A DNA stretch of 64,000 nucleotides from Candidatus Zhuqueibacterota bacterium (GCA_049322915.1 JBMOPW010000034.1:552567-616566), one strand, 5' to 3'; positions 1-10,343 are shown, counted from the first letter of the stretch. Numbers and translations: made by a program. The notes: a model not told the origin generated them from the sequence alone.

Positions 1-1147
1 CCCGGCGACCGTTGCCGGTCTGTTTCATTTTCATGATTCTGGCTGATAGCCGATCCTGGATATAGCCGACCAATTTTCCATTCTCCACCAGCATGGTTTT
101 CTGAGTTGGGCAGCCCTCGTCGTCAATATTGAGCGAGCCGCGATAGTGCGGAATTGTCGCGTCTTCATAAATGGTGACAAGATCAGTGGCGACCTTTTTT
201 CCCAATTTGTCGGACATGATGGAGGTGCCTTTGCGATTGCCATCGGCTTCTAATGGATGGCCGACCGCTTCATGAATCATCACGCCGCTCTGCCCGACGC
301 CTAACACCACAGGCTGTTCCCCGGCCAGGGCGTCGCTGGCGCCCAGCAGGATGATGGCCTCTTCCGAAGCGTTCTCGCCGATGATTTTCGGCGTGACAGT
401 GTTCTGGAAATAATTTAAACCGACGCGCCCACCGCCGCTGTAAAAGCCGGAATTGCGAATGCCGTCTTTTTCCGCCAGCGAAATGGCCGCCAATCGGGTC
501 TGCGGCCGGACATCGGAAATCATCAGCCCATCGGAATTGGCGATGGTGATATATTCAATCGAATCGCCCAGGATCGCCTGCACTTTGGTGACCCGATTGT
601 CGTAATGCAATGCCGCATTGTAGGTATCTCTCACTAGCGATAATTTCGCTTGAAAATCCAGTTCGGACATCGTTTTCTCCAGGTCATACACCTGATGCGG
701 CAATTCCTGTTTCATCAAATTGGCCACAGTCTGATGGCTCGAACTGTTGGCAATTGCGGCTGCGGTCAATGCGGCGCGCTTCATGGATTCGAACGTCAGG
801 TCATTGGTGTAGCCATAGCCGGTCTTCTCGCCTGAAAGCACGCGCACGCCAACGCCGACTGAGATATCCTCTGTCGACTCTTTGATAATATCCTCTTCCA
901 TTCTCACGGAAGTGGATAATTTGTATTGAAAATACAACTCAGAAAAATCACCGCCGCCAGAAAGCCCCAGTTTCAGCACATCCTGAATGAGCTTATTGGT
1001 GATGCCAAATCGTTTTTCAAAGAACGATTGTGCGCCATCAGGAATTTTGCCGGCCATGAGCACATCATACCAAAATGGAGTAACCGCGGTAATAGCCAGC
1101 CCTGTGCCACTCTTCATTAAAAACTCCCTTCTGCTAATTGGATGCAA
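1..1147 (-). CDS. tldD: TldD/PmbA-family metalloprotease (TldD) with twin-arginine signal; 3' end outside window
   Basis: Not in the ORF track. Manual minus-strand translation gives GEQPVVLGVGQSGVMIHEAVGHPLEAD (HExxxH), GSLNIDDEG and TGNGRR. TTG start at 1147 after GGAGG gives MHPISRREFLMKSGTGLAIT; alternative ATG at 1117. Confidence 0.9.
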   Translation of the reverse strand, partial: MHPISRREFLMKSGTGLAITAVTPFWYDVLMAGKIPDGAQSFFEKRFGITNKLIQDVLKLGLSGGGDFSELYFQYKLSTSVRMEEDIIKESTEDISVGVGVRVLSGEKTGYGYTNDLTFESMKRAALTAAAIANSSSHQTVANLMKQELPHQVYDLEKTMSELDFQAKLSLVRDTYNAALHYDNRVTKVQAILGDSIEYITIANSDGLMISDVRPQTRLAAISLAEKDGIRNSGFYSGGGRVGLNYFQNTVTPKIIGENASEEAIILLGASDALAGEQPVVLGVGQSGVMIHEAVGHPLEADGNRKGTSIMSDKLGKKVATDLVTIYEDATIPHYRGSLNIDDEGCPTQKTMLVENGKLVGYIQDRLSARIMKMKQTGNGRR

Positions 1148-1488
1148 AGCGCCTCCCACTATTTGGTTAAATGTAAGTTTATGAGTTCGTCGCTGGTGGG
1201 TGACGGCAACTCTTCGCTGCAACGAGTTGGATGCGGAACCTGATGATCCTCATTTTTCATGCAGCGAAAGTCGTCCGTGGTCCGGCCTGTCCAGGAGGTT
1301 CCATTTCCAAAATTCACAGCGACAGAAATATATTGTCACTTTCAGACAAGGCCAGAACCGGTTCATTGCACCACACCAGGAGAAATTGATTGCTTGTTGT
1401 TAAACGTTATTACTCTCCTGAAGTTGCGAAATAGTTATAACGCCAAAAACAGGAGCGGTGAGCTTTTCGATATGCACGGGACAGCAAT

Positions 1489-2121
1489 TCAAAATCCTTC
1501 GTAGAAAAAATGTCCCAATCCGACGGTGAAAATGTAGCTGCCGTAGAGCGCATGTTCCAGACTCACCAGGAACAGGGATTTCGATGAGTGAAATGTCCGC
1601 GAAAACAACAGCCCGCCCACCAGGCTCAATACCACGGCGTACCAATTGTCGTACATAATGTGCAGCAATGAAAAGACGACCGCGCTGACCAGAATTTGCC
1701 GGGTCGGGCTTGTGAAAAGAGACTGATAGCGATGAAACAGGAATGCCCGATAAATGAATTCCTGAGGCAACGCTGAAAGCAAGGGATAAAATACCATCAC
1801 AATGACCCAGATGACAGGCCGAGTTTTTGGAAATAGAAACAGCAATTCCGGAAAAAAGAAATAGGTGAAAGCGGTCAATGCGATTGCGACGAGATGGAAC
1901 CGAATCACCGTTTTGGGAATCGCTGCCCGGGCGTACTGATAATTCCACAGCACCGTGCGATCGAAGCGTTTATCCTTCAGCAACGCGACGACACAAAACG
2001 TTGTCAGAAAAACCAGGGTGGGAATTTTGGGCAGGCTCACCCATTCAAAATAAAAGACAAGCGGAATTCCAACGAAGATCAGAATGAATTCAACAGCGAG
2101 AGCGAGTGTGGTTTTTTTCAT
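1489..2121 (-). CDS. CPBP (CAAX/Abi) family intramembrane glutamic endopeptidase
   Basis: Multi-TM protein with QEFIYRA (EExxxR-like), FSLLH and EHALYG motifs. Confidence 0.85.
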   Translation of the reverse strand: MKKTTLALAVEFILIFVGIPLVFYFEWVSLPKIPTLVFLTTFCVVALLKDKRFDRTVLWNYQYARAAIPKTVIRFHLVAIALTAFTYFFFPELLFLFPKTRPVIWVIVMVFYPLLSALPQEFIYRAFLFHRYQSLFTSPTRQILVSAVVFSLLHIMYDNWYAVVLSLVGGLLFSRTFHSSKSLFLVSLEHALYGSYIFTVGLGHFFYEGF

Positions 2122-2145
2122 AGGCTGTGCGTTAATTTTCAGATA

Positions 2146-3171
2146 TCAGGCGCCAATATTTTTCTGTAATTTCATCCGATCTTCCGGCGTGGTCATGACG
2201 ATGATTTTGTCGTTGGATTTGATCTTGCGACTCTGGGGCGGATTATAGATCCAATCAGATTCTTCAATCAACGCAAGCAGCAGCGTGTTCGGATAGTTTT
2301 CAATTTTGAGCGAAGACAAGGCCTTGCCGTTGAAGCTGCGATTGATGGTCACCTCTTCAATCCGCAGATTCTTGTCTTTGTCCCGGAGCATAATATCCAG
2401 AAAAGAGACCACCGCCGGCCGAAACATCTCCGAGGCCATCCGAAGAGCGCCAATATAATCCGGTGAAATAACGGCGTCGGCGCCGGCCTTTTTGACCTTT
2501 TCAACGTTATTCAATTCTTTGCATCGGGCGACTACTTTCACCTCGGGATTCAACTGCTTTGCAGTCAGCGCAATGACCAGATTTTGATTGTCATCCCCGG
2601 TCACGGCAAAAATCCCTTCAGCATTCGCGATACCGGCTTTGATCAGAATGTTGTTGTCCGTGGCATCGCCATGAATGACCACCCGGTCCTTCAGAATATC
2701 CATTCGTTTTTCAATAGCAGCTTTATCGTTATCAATAATAATTTGGCTCCGATTGGTATCGATGATCTCCTTCAGAATATGTCGCCCAACTTTCCCGACG
2801 CCGCAGACAATAAAATGACCTTTCATACTTCGCGCCCTCTTTTCCATCTTGTTCCTCCTGAAGGTTTCTTTCATCTGACCTTCAACAATGAATGCTGTAA
2901 AATTGGATAAAAAATACGTGAGAATTCCGATGCCTGAAAACGCGATGAACATAGTGAAAACGCGCCCCTCCGGGTGATGGGAGAGGTCGACGATTTCGCC
3001 GAATCCAATCGTGGAAATGGTGATCATCGTCATGTAAAGGCAATCGATAAGCGAATACTGGTCGCCGCCAATGATGTGATAACCCGTGGTGCCAATCGTC
3101 AGGACAAGTATGAAGAATAATCCGGACCAGAGAAATTTTTTAATGATCTGAGTGAAAATACTGTTGCCCAT
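2146..3171 (-). CDS. 2-TM potassium channel with RCK_N/RCK_C (TrkA-type) domains
   Basis: TISTIGFGE selectivity filter, GVGKVG Rossmann motif, GDAT, C-terminal TrkA-C-like domain. Confidence 0.9.
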   Translation of the reverse strand: MGNSIFTQIIKKFLWSGLFFILVLTIGTTGYHIIGGDQYSLIDCLYMTMITISTIGFGEIVDLSHHPEGRVFTMFIAFSGIGILTYFLSNFTAFIVEGQMKETFRRNKMEKRARSMKGHFIVCGVGKVGRHILKEIIDTNRSQIIIDNDKAAIEKRMDILKDRVVIHGDATDNNILIKAGIANAEGIFAVTGDDNQNLVIALTAKQLNPEVKVVARCKELNNVEKVKKAGADAVISPDYIGALRMASEMFRPAVVSFLDIMLRDKDKNLRIEEVTINRSFNGKALSSLKIENYPNTLLLALIEESDWIYNPPQSRKIKSNDKIIVMTTPEDRMKLQKNIGA

Positions 3172-3186
3172 AGAGTCAACGTCTGG

Positions 3187-4239
3187 TTAATATGCGTGCG
3201 AAGCGAATTGCTTCCGATGCCAGAGACCGTATTTCAGCGCCTCGTCCAGGAATGCTTCGATGTTTTCCAATGGCGTGCCGCTGACAATTCCGTTGCCGGC
3301 AGCCAGGCACATTCCGCCTTCCGGCGAGTCAAAAGTGTCAATTAGAAAACGCACTTCCTCCCGCACCTGTTCCGGTTTTTTTTCAACCAATGTATGTTGC
3401 ACGTCGAATCCAGCCAAAAACGTGATGCGGTGGCCGAACTCGCGCATCACCCGGGTTTCATCCATGGCGCCTTTCTGAACCGGGTGAAAGACATCCACAC
3501 CGGTTTCGATCAGAGACGGCAACAGCGGCGTATTGTTGCCGCAACTGTGCAGCCACCAGTGCATGCCATGTTTGTGGATGAGCTTGCCCAGGCGCGCGTA
3601 ATACGGTTTGATGAATTCATCAAATATTTCCGGCTTCATCATCGGCTGAGTCTGATGGCCCAAATCATCGCTCGTGAAAAAGCCATCCGGCGAAAATTCC
3701 CTCACCGCTCGGTTCAAATAGCCGGTATAAACTTTCAGGAGCGCCTCGTGCAAGCGGTGGATATTCTCCGGAGCAATGTAATAGTCCATGAGCAGATTTT
3801 CCATGCCGCGCAATCCCCAGGGCCGCTCGAAGAATAACCGCCACCAGGCGACCAGCATGTACAGATTATCATGTCGGATTTTCTCGGCTGAAGCGCGAAG
3901 CGCATTGAATTGCGGGTCACGCTCCGGATCGGGCAATTTTTCGATAAATTCATCCAGCTTGGCCCAATCGTCGATCACCCACTGACTGTCGCGGGCGCCG
4001 TCAGTCTTCATTTTCCAGGTCAGTCCCATGTCTTCGATTTTCAGAGGTTGCAGCCAGAGAAAACCGATGTCCTCGGGAAAGGTATCGAATGTCTTTAATT
4101 TGGCGCCGTATTGCTCGACAAGACCTTCGCCCCACCATTTCGCCAGCACAAGCGGGATGCGCGAGGGCCGTTTCCGTTCAATTGCTTTGACCACTTCTTC
4201 CCGATTCAGCGGATTCCATGCCTTCCATGCATCGTTCAT
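3187..4239 (-). CDS. Uroporphyrinogen decarboxylase-like / MtaA-CmuA family protein
   Basis: LRGMENLLMD, SDDLG, LHSCG, GFDVQ and TPLENI motifs of the URO-D-like superfamily with Zn ligands. Confidence 0.85.
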   Translation of the reverse strand: MNDAWKAWNPLNREEVVKAIERKRPSRIPLVLAKWWGEGLVEQYGAKLKTFDTFPEDIGFLWLQPLKIEDMGLTWKMKTDGARDSQWVIDDWAKLDEFIEKLPDPERDPQFNALRASAEKIRHDNLYMLVAWWRLFFERPWGLRGMENLLMDYYIAPENIHRLHEALLKVYTGYLNRAVREFSPDGFFTSDDLGHQTQPMMKPEIFDEFIKPYYARLGKLIHKHGMHWWLHSCGNNTPLLPSLIETGVDVFHPVQKGAMDETRVMREFGHRITFLAGFDVQHTLVEKKPEQVREEVRFLIDTFDSPEGGMCLAAGNGIVSGTPLENIEAFLDEALKYGLWHRKQFASHAY

Positions 4240-4269
4240 TGTTACTCCGTTTCCTGAAATTAAATGATG

Positions 4270-4335
4270 AAAAAAAAGCCCTGTTTACTGGAAGTCTACA
4301 CATCGGACTGGAACAATCCCAGCTACACAGGGCTA
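4270..4335 (-). terminator. Long stem-loop followed by a U-tract just upstream of the UroD-like gene
   Basis: Minus strand reads AGCCCTGT...CTGG...AGTC-loop-GACT.CCAG...ACAGGGCT-TTTTTTT. Confidence 0.55.
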
Positions 4336-4434
4336 AAGGTGTTCGTGTGAATCAAAGGTGAAAAAGCCTGCTTCATCGCTCCCGAAGGAAGTTGATTACT
4401 ACCATGAGCCAGGCAGACACCCGGGGTTGGTCAA

Positions 4435-5103
4435 TTAAAGCGTTGACAGAAGTTCCTTGCTCTCCGCGGTCAGTTTCTCAAGTTCCGGCATGACCTCGGT
4501 AATCATGGTATCAATTTCCTGAAATGTCTGATAGATCGTCTCGTCCACAACATTCAGCGTGTAATTAATCTCCAGCGCCTTCACCGTATCAGTCACTTTC
4601 ACGACTCCCACGTTCAACACGCTGATTTTGCTTTCGGTATCCCGCAGTCGCAGGTAATACTTGTTTCGGTGCTTTTGCATCCGTCGCAAAGAAGCCGACC
4701 GCAGTTCCGGATCGGTTATGGAATTCGCCGTTGTTTCAATTTCACTGTAAAATTCGTCAGCGCCCTTCACAAGTTCGTCGTACCTCACTCTGAGCTTATC
4801 GATTTCCTTCTCGACGTATTCCCATCTGTCGTACACCTTGCCAAATTCAGCGTATTTATCTCTCGCAACACGGATCGCTTCTTTGAAGTTCATCAGTGAA
4901 TTCTTACCCTCTTCAAAGACTTGTTCCATGTTGCTGCGCTGCCAGTCATAATTGTCAATGACTTTTTTGAACGTTGTACGTACGTCGGCCATGGAACTGG
5001 TTGACTCAATCCGATCTCCATTTCCAATGATTATCATGAGCAGAATCATGATACCGAAAATCGTTAATGCAAATTTGCTTGACTTGTTGTTCATGGCGCC
5101 CAT
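4435..5103 (-). CDS. Hypothetical N-terminally anchored coiled-coil protein
   Basis: N-terminal hydrophobic helix followed by a long charged helical region; 222 aa. Confidence 0.7.
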   Translation of the reverse strand: MGAMNNKSSKFALTIFGIMILLMIIIGNGDRIESTSSMADVRTTFKKVIDNYDWQRSNMEQVFEEGKNSLMNFKEAIRVARDKYAEFGKVYDRWEYVEKEIDKLRVRYDELVKGADEFYSEIETTANSITDPELRSASLRRMQKHRNKYYLRLRDTESKISVLNVGVVKVTDTVKALEINYTLNVVDETIYQTFQEIDTMITEVMPELEKLTAESKELLSTL

Positions 5104-5308
5104 CCCTTCTTTGAAAAATAACTTCTTGCAGGAATTAGACCTTAAAGTGAGTTTAGTCGCACCTCCTGATTTTTCTGTTTATTATTCGCAATTCAAAAAA
5201 TTGATTTAACAATATCTACTATTAATTTGACTTGGCAAATTTAGATTTTTTGTTTTTAAAAGTCAATGCGAATCGGATATATTACAAAAAAATATAATAT
5301 CGGGCTGG

Positions 5309-6184
5309 CTACGCATGCGTTGTTGTCAGCGCTTCGACCAGCAAATTGCCGCAGATTTCCTTTCGATAGACCTCAGTCGATCGGATATCCGATATTGGAC
5401 TGATCTCTTGCATCAGGCTGAACCGCGCGCTGGCCAGAATCGAATCTGATAATTTGTGGCCGACGAGCATCTGTTCTGTTGCGCAGGCGCGTTTAATCTG
5501 CGGCGAAACGCTTCCCGGCGAAATCCGAATGCCTTTCAACACCCCATCTTTCATCCAACCCAGCACAGCCAGCGAAACCTTGCTGATGGCCATCACTTTG
5601 CGCTGCCCAACTTTGCGAAAATACCAGAACAGCCCATCTGCATCCGGGAACGGCAGAAAAATGGACGCAATATAGCGTCCCTGTGTCAGACATGTTTGGC
5701 CGGGACCCAGCATCAGGTCTGCCAGTTTGTGAATTTCATACGTAGCGTCAACGGCCGGGCCGAGCCAGATTTCCGCATCCAGAACGTCCAGCACCGGCAG
5801 GCTGTCCCCGGCCGGGGACGCGTTGGCCAGATTCCCCCCAAGTGTTGCCCGATTCTGGATTTGAATTGAACCAATCTGCCGGCACGCCTCGGTGAGAATG
5901 GGAAACCGCTGGCGAATGACCGGGTGCGACGTAATATCCGCAATGGGAACAGCAGCACCGATTCGGACGCCGGCTCGCTCGACATTTATTTCAGATGCTA
6001 ATTCCGGAATGCCGGTTAAATCCACGAGGCAGGCGGAGGACGAATAAAAGGATGGCTGAACCATCAAATCCGTGGCGCCGGCAACGAATACTTTTTCCGA
6101 TTTGTCCTGGTTCAAAAACGCGTCCAGTTCTGCAATGGTCTTCGGGCGAATGAACGGCGTGGTCATATTATCGCTCGCACTCAT
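5309..6184 (-). CDS. Xanthine dehydrogenase family FAD-binding (medium) subunit, set 2
   Basis: AGATDL, QIQNRATLGGNLANASPAGD, SDIRST. Start reassigned to ATG 6184, overlapping the upstream gene. Confidence 0.9.
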   Translation of the reverse strand: MSASDNMTTPFIRPKTIAELDAFLNQDKSEKVFVAGATDLMVQPSFYSSSACLVDLTGIPELASEINVERAGVRIGAAVPIADITSHPVIRQRFPILTEACRQIGSIQIQNRATLGGNLANASPAGDSLPVLDVLDAEIWLGPAVDATYEIHKLADLMLGPGQTCLTQGRYIASIFLPFPDADGLFWYFRKVGQRKVMAISKVSLAVLGWMKDGVLKGIRISPGSVSPQIKRACATEQMLVGHKLSDSILASARFSLMQEISPISDIRSTEVYRKEICGNLLVEALTTTHA

Positions 6185-6698
6185 GTTTCCATTCCTCGCG
6201 AATCGTTTCAACAGCGGCTGTATCAGCCAGCAATTTTTCCACGGCAGTGAGTATTTTTTCGTAGCCGGTGCAGCGGCACAGATTTCCACCGAGATGGGTC
6301 GGTAACTCCTCGGCGGCAAGCTGCCGATTTTCCTTCAGCACATCGAACGTTGCGACGATAAAACCAGGCGTACAAAATCCGCACTGCACCGCGCCGTGTT
6401 CCAGGAACGCCCGCTCGACCGTCGCGAATTCTGCCAATTCGCGCAGCCCTTCAATCGTGACAATGTGCGCGCCCGGTAACTGAATTGCCGGGACGAGACA
6501 GGCATTCACGCGCCGCCCATTGAGCAACACCGTGCATGCGCCGCATTCCCCCTGGCCGCAGCCCTCCTTTGCGCCGGTCAGATTTAAATCCTCCCGCAAA
6601 ATATCCAGCAATCGCCGTTTGGGAGAAACATCGAGGTGCACGCTCGTTTTATTCACAAAAAATTCAATATCCATGAAACGCTCCATCTGTTGGTTCAT
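6168..6698 (-). CDS. Xanthine dehydrogenase family 2Fe-2S (small) subunit, set 2
   Basis: GCGQGECGACTV, QCGFCTPG, NLCRCTGY. Confidence 0.95.
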   Translation of the reverse strand: MNQQMERFMDIEFFVNKTSVHLDVSPKRRLLDILREDLNLTGAKEGCGQGECGACTVLLNGRRVNACLVPAIQLPGAHIVTIEGLRELAEFATVERAFLEHGAVQCGFCTPGFIVATFDVLKENRQLAAEELPTHLGGNLCRCTGYEKILTAVEKLLADTAAVETIREEWKHECER

Positions 6699-6769
6699 TC
6701 CGGCTCTGACGCCATCCTCCTCTCCGACGCCCGGGATGGCTGCATCATCGCTCTCCGCGCCAACCAGGA

Positions 6770-9043
6770 TCAGGCGATCCCTTTCACCCGGGCCAGCACT
6801 TCTTCCGGCAGTATGGGGATTTTATAGAATTCCACACCGAAAATCATCCACAATGCAGAGACAATCGCCGGGGCAACGCCCACCACCGGCAACTCGCCCA
6901 GACCTTTGGCGCCAAAGGGGCCGAACGGATAGGGATTCTCCAAAATCTTCACGTGGAATTGCGGCATCTCCGTGAGCGCCGGAATGATGTAATCGCTAAA
7001 CCCGCTGACGCCAAATTTCCCATCTGCCATCTTCACATCTTCGAGCAGCGCATACCCGATGCCCTGAAGAGAGCCACCCTCGATTTGCGCGACGGACTGG
7101 TCATGGTTAATCGCCTTTCCAATATCGTGCGTTGTGTAATAATGGGTCACCGCCATTTCGAACGTGAGCGGATCGACCTCAATTTCGGCAACAGCCGCAG
7201 CCCAGGAATAGACTGGATAGGCGTCGCCTTTCCAGGTCACCTCATCGAAACGAATGATCTCCGGGTGGTGGTATTGTTTTTCAACCGAAAGGCCGGCCGA
7301 CTTTTTGGCAACATCCTGAAACGGAATGATTTTCCCATTGCCATAAAAATAGCCCTGCCGGTATTCAAACGCACTCTGCTCGTCCCGCTCCAGTGTGGCG
7401 TTGAGCAATCGCAGTAGTTCCGCGGCGGCGTCAACCAGCAGGCTGCCGACGACCATGGTGCTGCGCGAAGCAACCGTCGGCCCGGAATCCGGCACGTTGT
7501 CGGTATTCACGTCCGCAAGGCGCACTTCATCCCGATCGATGAACAAGGCCCCGGCAACGATATTTTGAAATGCGGTGTTCTTCCCCTGCCCCATCTCTGT
7601 CTGCGACGAGTAGATCACCGGCTGGCCCTGTTGATTCAGCTCCAGCCGGATTTTGCCCTGAATTTTGTTCTCCCCGGTTCCTGTGAATCCGGCTCCGTGA
7701 AGGAACGCCGATACGCCAATGCCTTTCAGTTTACGCGCACTATCGAAAATCCTGCCCTGCTTCATAGCGGCGAGAATGGGTTCATTCGATCGTTTGTGCG
7801 CGTCGCGTTTCCTTTCAAAATTGCTCATCGCCAGCGTTTCTTCGAACGTCGCTCGGGCGGAGACGCTGTACGTGAGGACCTGGCCTGTGCTAGTGGTCTG
7901 CATCGGGCCGATCAGATTGACGCGACGGACATGCTCCGGGGGCAGGTTCAATTCGCGCGCGATTTTCTCCATCACCATCTCAATCGCGAAAACTGCCTGA
8001 GGCCCGCCGAAGCCGCGGAATGCGCCGCTGGGGACCGTATTCGTGGCAACAGCCCTGGCGTGTATTCGGACGTTGGGCGCGTAATAACAGCCCGTGACCG
8101 TCAATGCAGCGCGCGCCAGCACCACCTGTGAAAGCGTGCAATAAGCGCCGCCATCCAGGTACAGCGACAAATCCAATCCCAGCAATGTCCCATCCTTGCG
8201 GACATGAACCTTTGCTCGAAAATAGGAAGGATGTCGTTTCGGCGTGACATTGAGATCTTCTTCGCGGCTATGAATGATGGCGACAGGGTGGCCACACTTC
8301 ACCGCCAACAGCGCCGCATGCCCGGCGATGAGCGACGGGTAATCCTCTTTGCCGCCAAATGCGCCGCCGGTGGGCGACTGGATCACGGTGATGTGCCGCT
8401 TGCCTTCGAACATCTGCGAGACTGCATTCTTCACATAATAGGGACATTGCATGGAGCCGCGAATGATAACGCGGTGTTGCTCCGGTATGGCCACGACGCC
8501 CTGGGGTTCCAGATATAACTGCTCCTGGAAACCGGTCTCGACTTCGATGGTCAGGGTCTTATCTGACCGGGATTCTGCCAATGACAGATCCCCCTTTTCG
8601 ATCAGAATTTCTTTGAAAACATTGTCCCTGCCGTAGATTTTCACCGGCGAATTTTCCGACGCCCGCATGTCGAAAATCGCCGGCAGCGGCTCATAGGACA
8701 CTTTCAGGCGCGACATCGCTTCGGCCAGCAGCGCTTTATCCGGCGCCGCAATCAACGCCACCGGCTCTCCGACATAACGGACAATGGTCTCCGCCAAAAA
8801 CGGCATGTCTTTCTCCAGCATGGCCACACAATTCCAGGGGATATCGCTGGCCGTGACCACAGCGACGCTGCCCCAATCGAATCGGTCGTCGAAGGTGATC
8901 CCTGTGATTTTCGCATGGGGAAAGGGACTCCGAACCGTCCCGGCGACCCACAATCCGGGAATTTTTTCATCGGCGATGTAGCGGGTTTCTCCCCGAATTT
9001 TTTCAGCAGCATCCACGCGGATATCGTTTAACTGGACAGCCAT
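6770..9043 (-). CDS. Xanthine dehydrogenase family molybdopterin-binding (large) subunit, set 2
   Basis: GGAFGGKED, AFRGFGGPQ, EMGQG, TVASR, GAKGLGE. Start at MAVQL (9043). Confidence 0.93.
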   Translation of the reverse strand: MAVQLNDIRVDAAEKIRGETRYIADEKIPGLWVAGTVRSPFPHAKITGITFDDRFDWGSVAVVTASDIPWNCVAMLEKDMPFLAETIVRYVGEPVALIAAPDKALLAEAMSRLKVSYEPLPAIFDMRASENSPVKIYGRDNVFKEILIEKGDLSLAESRSDKTLTIEVETGFQEQLYLEPQGVVAIPEQHRVIIRGSMQCPYYVKNAVSQMFEGKRHITVIQSPTGGAFGGKEDYPSLIAGHAALLAVKCGHPVAIIHSREEDLNVTPKRHPSYFRAKVHVRKDGTLLGLDLSLYLDGGAYCTLSQVVLARAALTVTGCYYAPNVRIHARAVATNTVPSGAFRGFGGPQAVFAIEMVMEKIARELNLPPEHVRRVNLIGPMQTTSTGQVLTYSVSARATFEETLAMSNFERKRDAHKRSNEPILAAMKQGRIFDSARKLKGIGVSAFLHGAGFTGTGENKIQGKIRLELNQQGQPVIYSSQTEMGQGKNTAFQNIVAGALFIDRDEVRLADVNTDNVPDSGPTVASRSTMVVGSLLVDAAAELLRLLNATLERDEQSAFEYRQGYFYGNGKIIPFQDVAKKSAGLSVEKQYHHPEIIRFDEVTWKGDAYPVYSWAAAVAEIEVDPLTFEMAVTHYYTTHDIGKAINHDQSVAQIEGGSLQGIGYALLEDVKMADGKFGVSGFSDYIIPALTEMPQFHVKILENPYPFGPFGAKGLGELPVVGVAPAIVSALWMIFGVEFYKIPILPEEVLARVKGIA

Positions 9044-9053
9044 AACTCGCCTT

Positions 9054-10343
9054 CTACATTTGTTGTGATGAACTTTTGAAATGCGCCCGCCATTCGTGGG
9101 GCGACCTGGCCTGGCAGGGTTCATTCCACCTTTCGAGCGTCGCCATATCTTTCAATCCGTGACCGGTGAACATCACCATCATTTTTTCGCCGCGGATGTC
9201 GCGATGGGATAGATATTTCAAATACCCGGCGAAACTGGCGGCAGCGGCTGGCTCCACCAGTATTCCCCAGTCATTGGCAACGCATTTCTGCGCGGCTGCA
9301 ATCTCGTCGTCGCTGACCGACATGGCGTCTCCCTGACTCTGTTTCACCGCGTAAGCCGCCATGTACAAATTTCTCGGCGCGCCGGCGCAGATGCTATCCG
9401 CAATGGAAAAAGCCTCGCGAAAGACGAATTGCCCCGTGCGGAAAAATTGCACCACCGCGTCGCTTCCCTCGGCTTGCACGGCAATGAGCCGCGGTATTTT
9501 TTCGATCCAGCCCAGGCGCTGCAATTCCCAGAATCCTTTGAACAGCCCGGCAATGATGACGCCGTCGCCCACCGGCACAAAAATGGCATCCGGCAATTCG
9601 CCCTGATTGGCGAGGAAAATATCAAAGGCGCCGGATTTTTTCCCTTCGATGGTGAGCGGATTGTAAGCCGTGTTTCGGTTGAACCAGTTCCTTTCGCGCG
9701 AAATTTCCAGGCTCAAATCGAACGCCTCATCGTAACTTCCAGCCACCACATAAATCGAAGCGCCATAGGCCTGAATCTGGATGCGCTTCGCCGGAGGAAT
9801 GGAAGCCGGCACAAACAGATGAGCGCGCAGACCGAGCCGCGCGCAGATGCCAGCCAGCGATGAAGCGGCATTGCCGGTGGAAGCAGCCGCGATCTCCGCA
9901 AAGCCCAACTGCTGCGCTTTCAGGCAGACCAGAATCGACGCCCGATCCTTGAAAGAAAGCGTTGGATTCCGCGTGTCATCGAAAATCCGGACCAGTCCTC
10001 CCGGGGCGCTGACCGTGCTCACCGGATGCGAGGGCAATCGCAGCCGGTGGAACAAGTCGAACGAGTGCTCTCCGGATGAGGATGCGCCGGTCAGCCGACT
10101 GAAGTCCAGGGGCCACAATGCCGGATAGCGCCATATTTCACCGGGTGAATTTTTCAAAAAATCGCTTCGCGATATAATCCGGCTGAAACGATCGTAATCG
10201 TGTTCGATCCACAGAACACCCTCGAGCGGCCGATTCCTTTCCGCCTTTCCGCAGATTGGACAGAGGTAAGTGAAATTCGCCTCAATGCTCGCCGCTGAAA
10301 AAACCGCGCTGCAGTTGAAACAGCGGTACTGATAATCATTCAT
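9054..10343 (-). CDS. Threonine synthase-like PLP (fold II) enzyme
   Basis: N-terminal CxxC...CPxC, NPTLSFKDR (PLP Lys), ASTGN, PVGDG, EPAAA, TGHGLKD. Confidence 0.85.
   Translation of the reverse strand: MNDYQYRCFNCSAVFSAASIEANFTYLCPICGKAERNRPLEGVLWIEHDYDRFSRIISRSDFLKNSPGEIWRYPALWPLDFSRLTGASSSGEHSFDLFHRLRLPSHPVSTVSAPGGLVRIFDDTRNPTLSFKDRASILVCLKAQQLGFAEIAAASTGNAASSLAGICARLGLRAHLFVPASIPPAKRIQIQAYGASIYVVAGSYDEAFDLSLEISRERNWFNRNTAYNPLTIEGKKSGAFDIFLANQGELPDAIFVPVGDGVIIAGLFKGFWELQRLGWIEKIPRLIAVQAEGSDAVVQFFRTGQFVFREAFSIADSICAGAPRNLYMAAYAVKQSQGDAMSVSDDEIAAAQKCVANDWGILVEPAAAASFAGYLKYLSHRDIRGEKMMVMFTGHGLKDMATLERWNEPCQARSPHEWRAHFKSSSQQM

Noticed and set aside
4380..4430. Cobalamin riboswitch (GAGCCAGG..AC-like stretch)
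   Set aside because: It is on the wrong strand for the downstream gene and other conserved elements are missing.
6695..6772. Selenocysteine read-through of the xdhL2 TGA
   Set aside because: The protein is already complete, and the extension is short, motif-free and hits another TGA.
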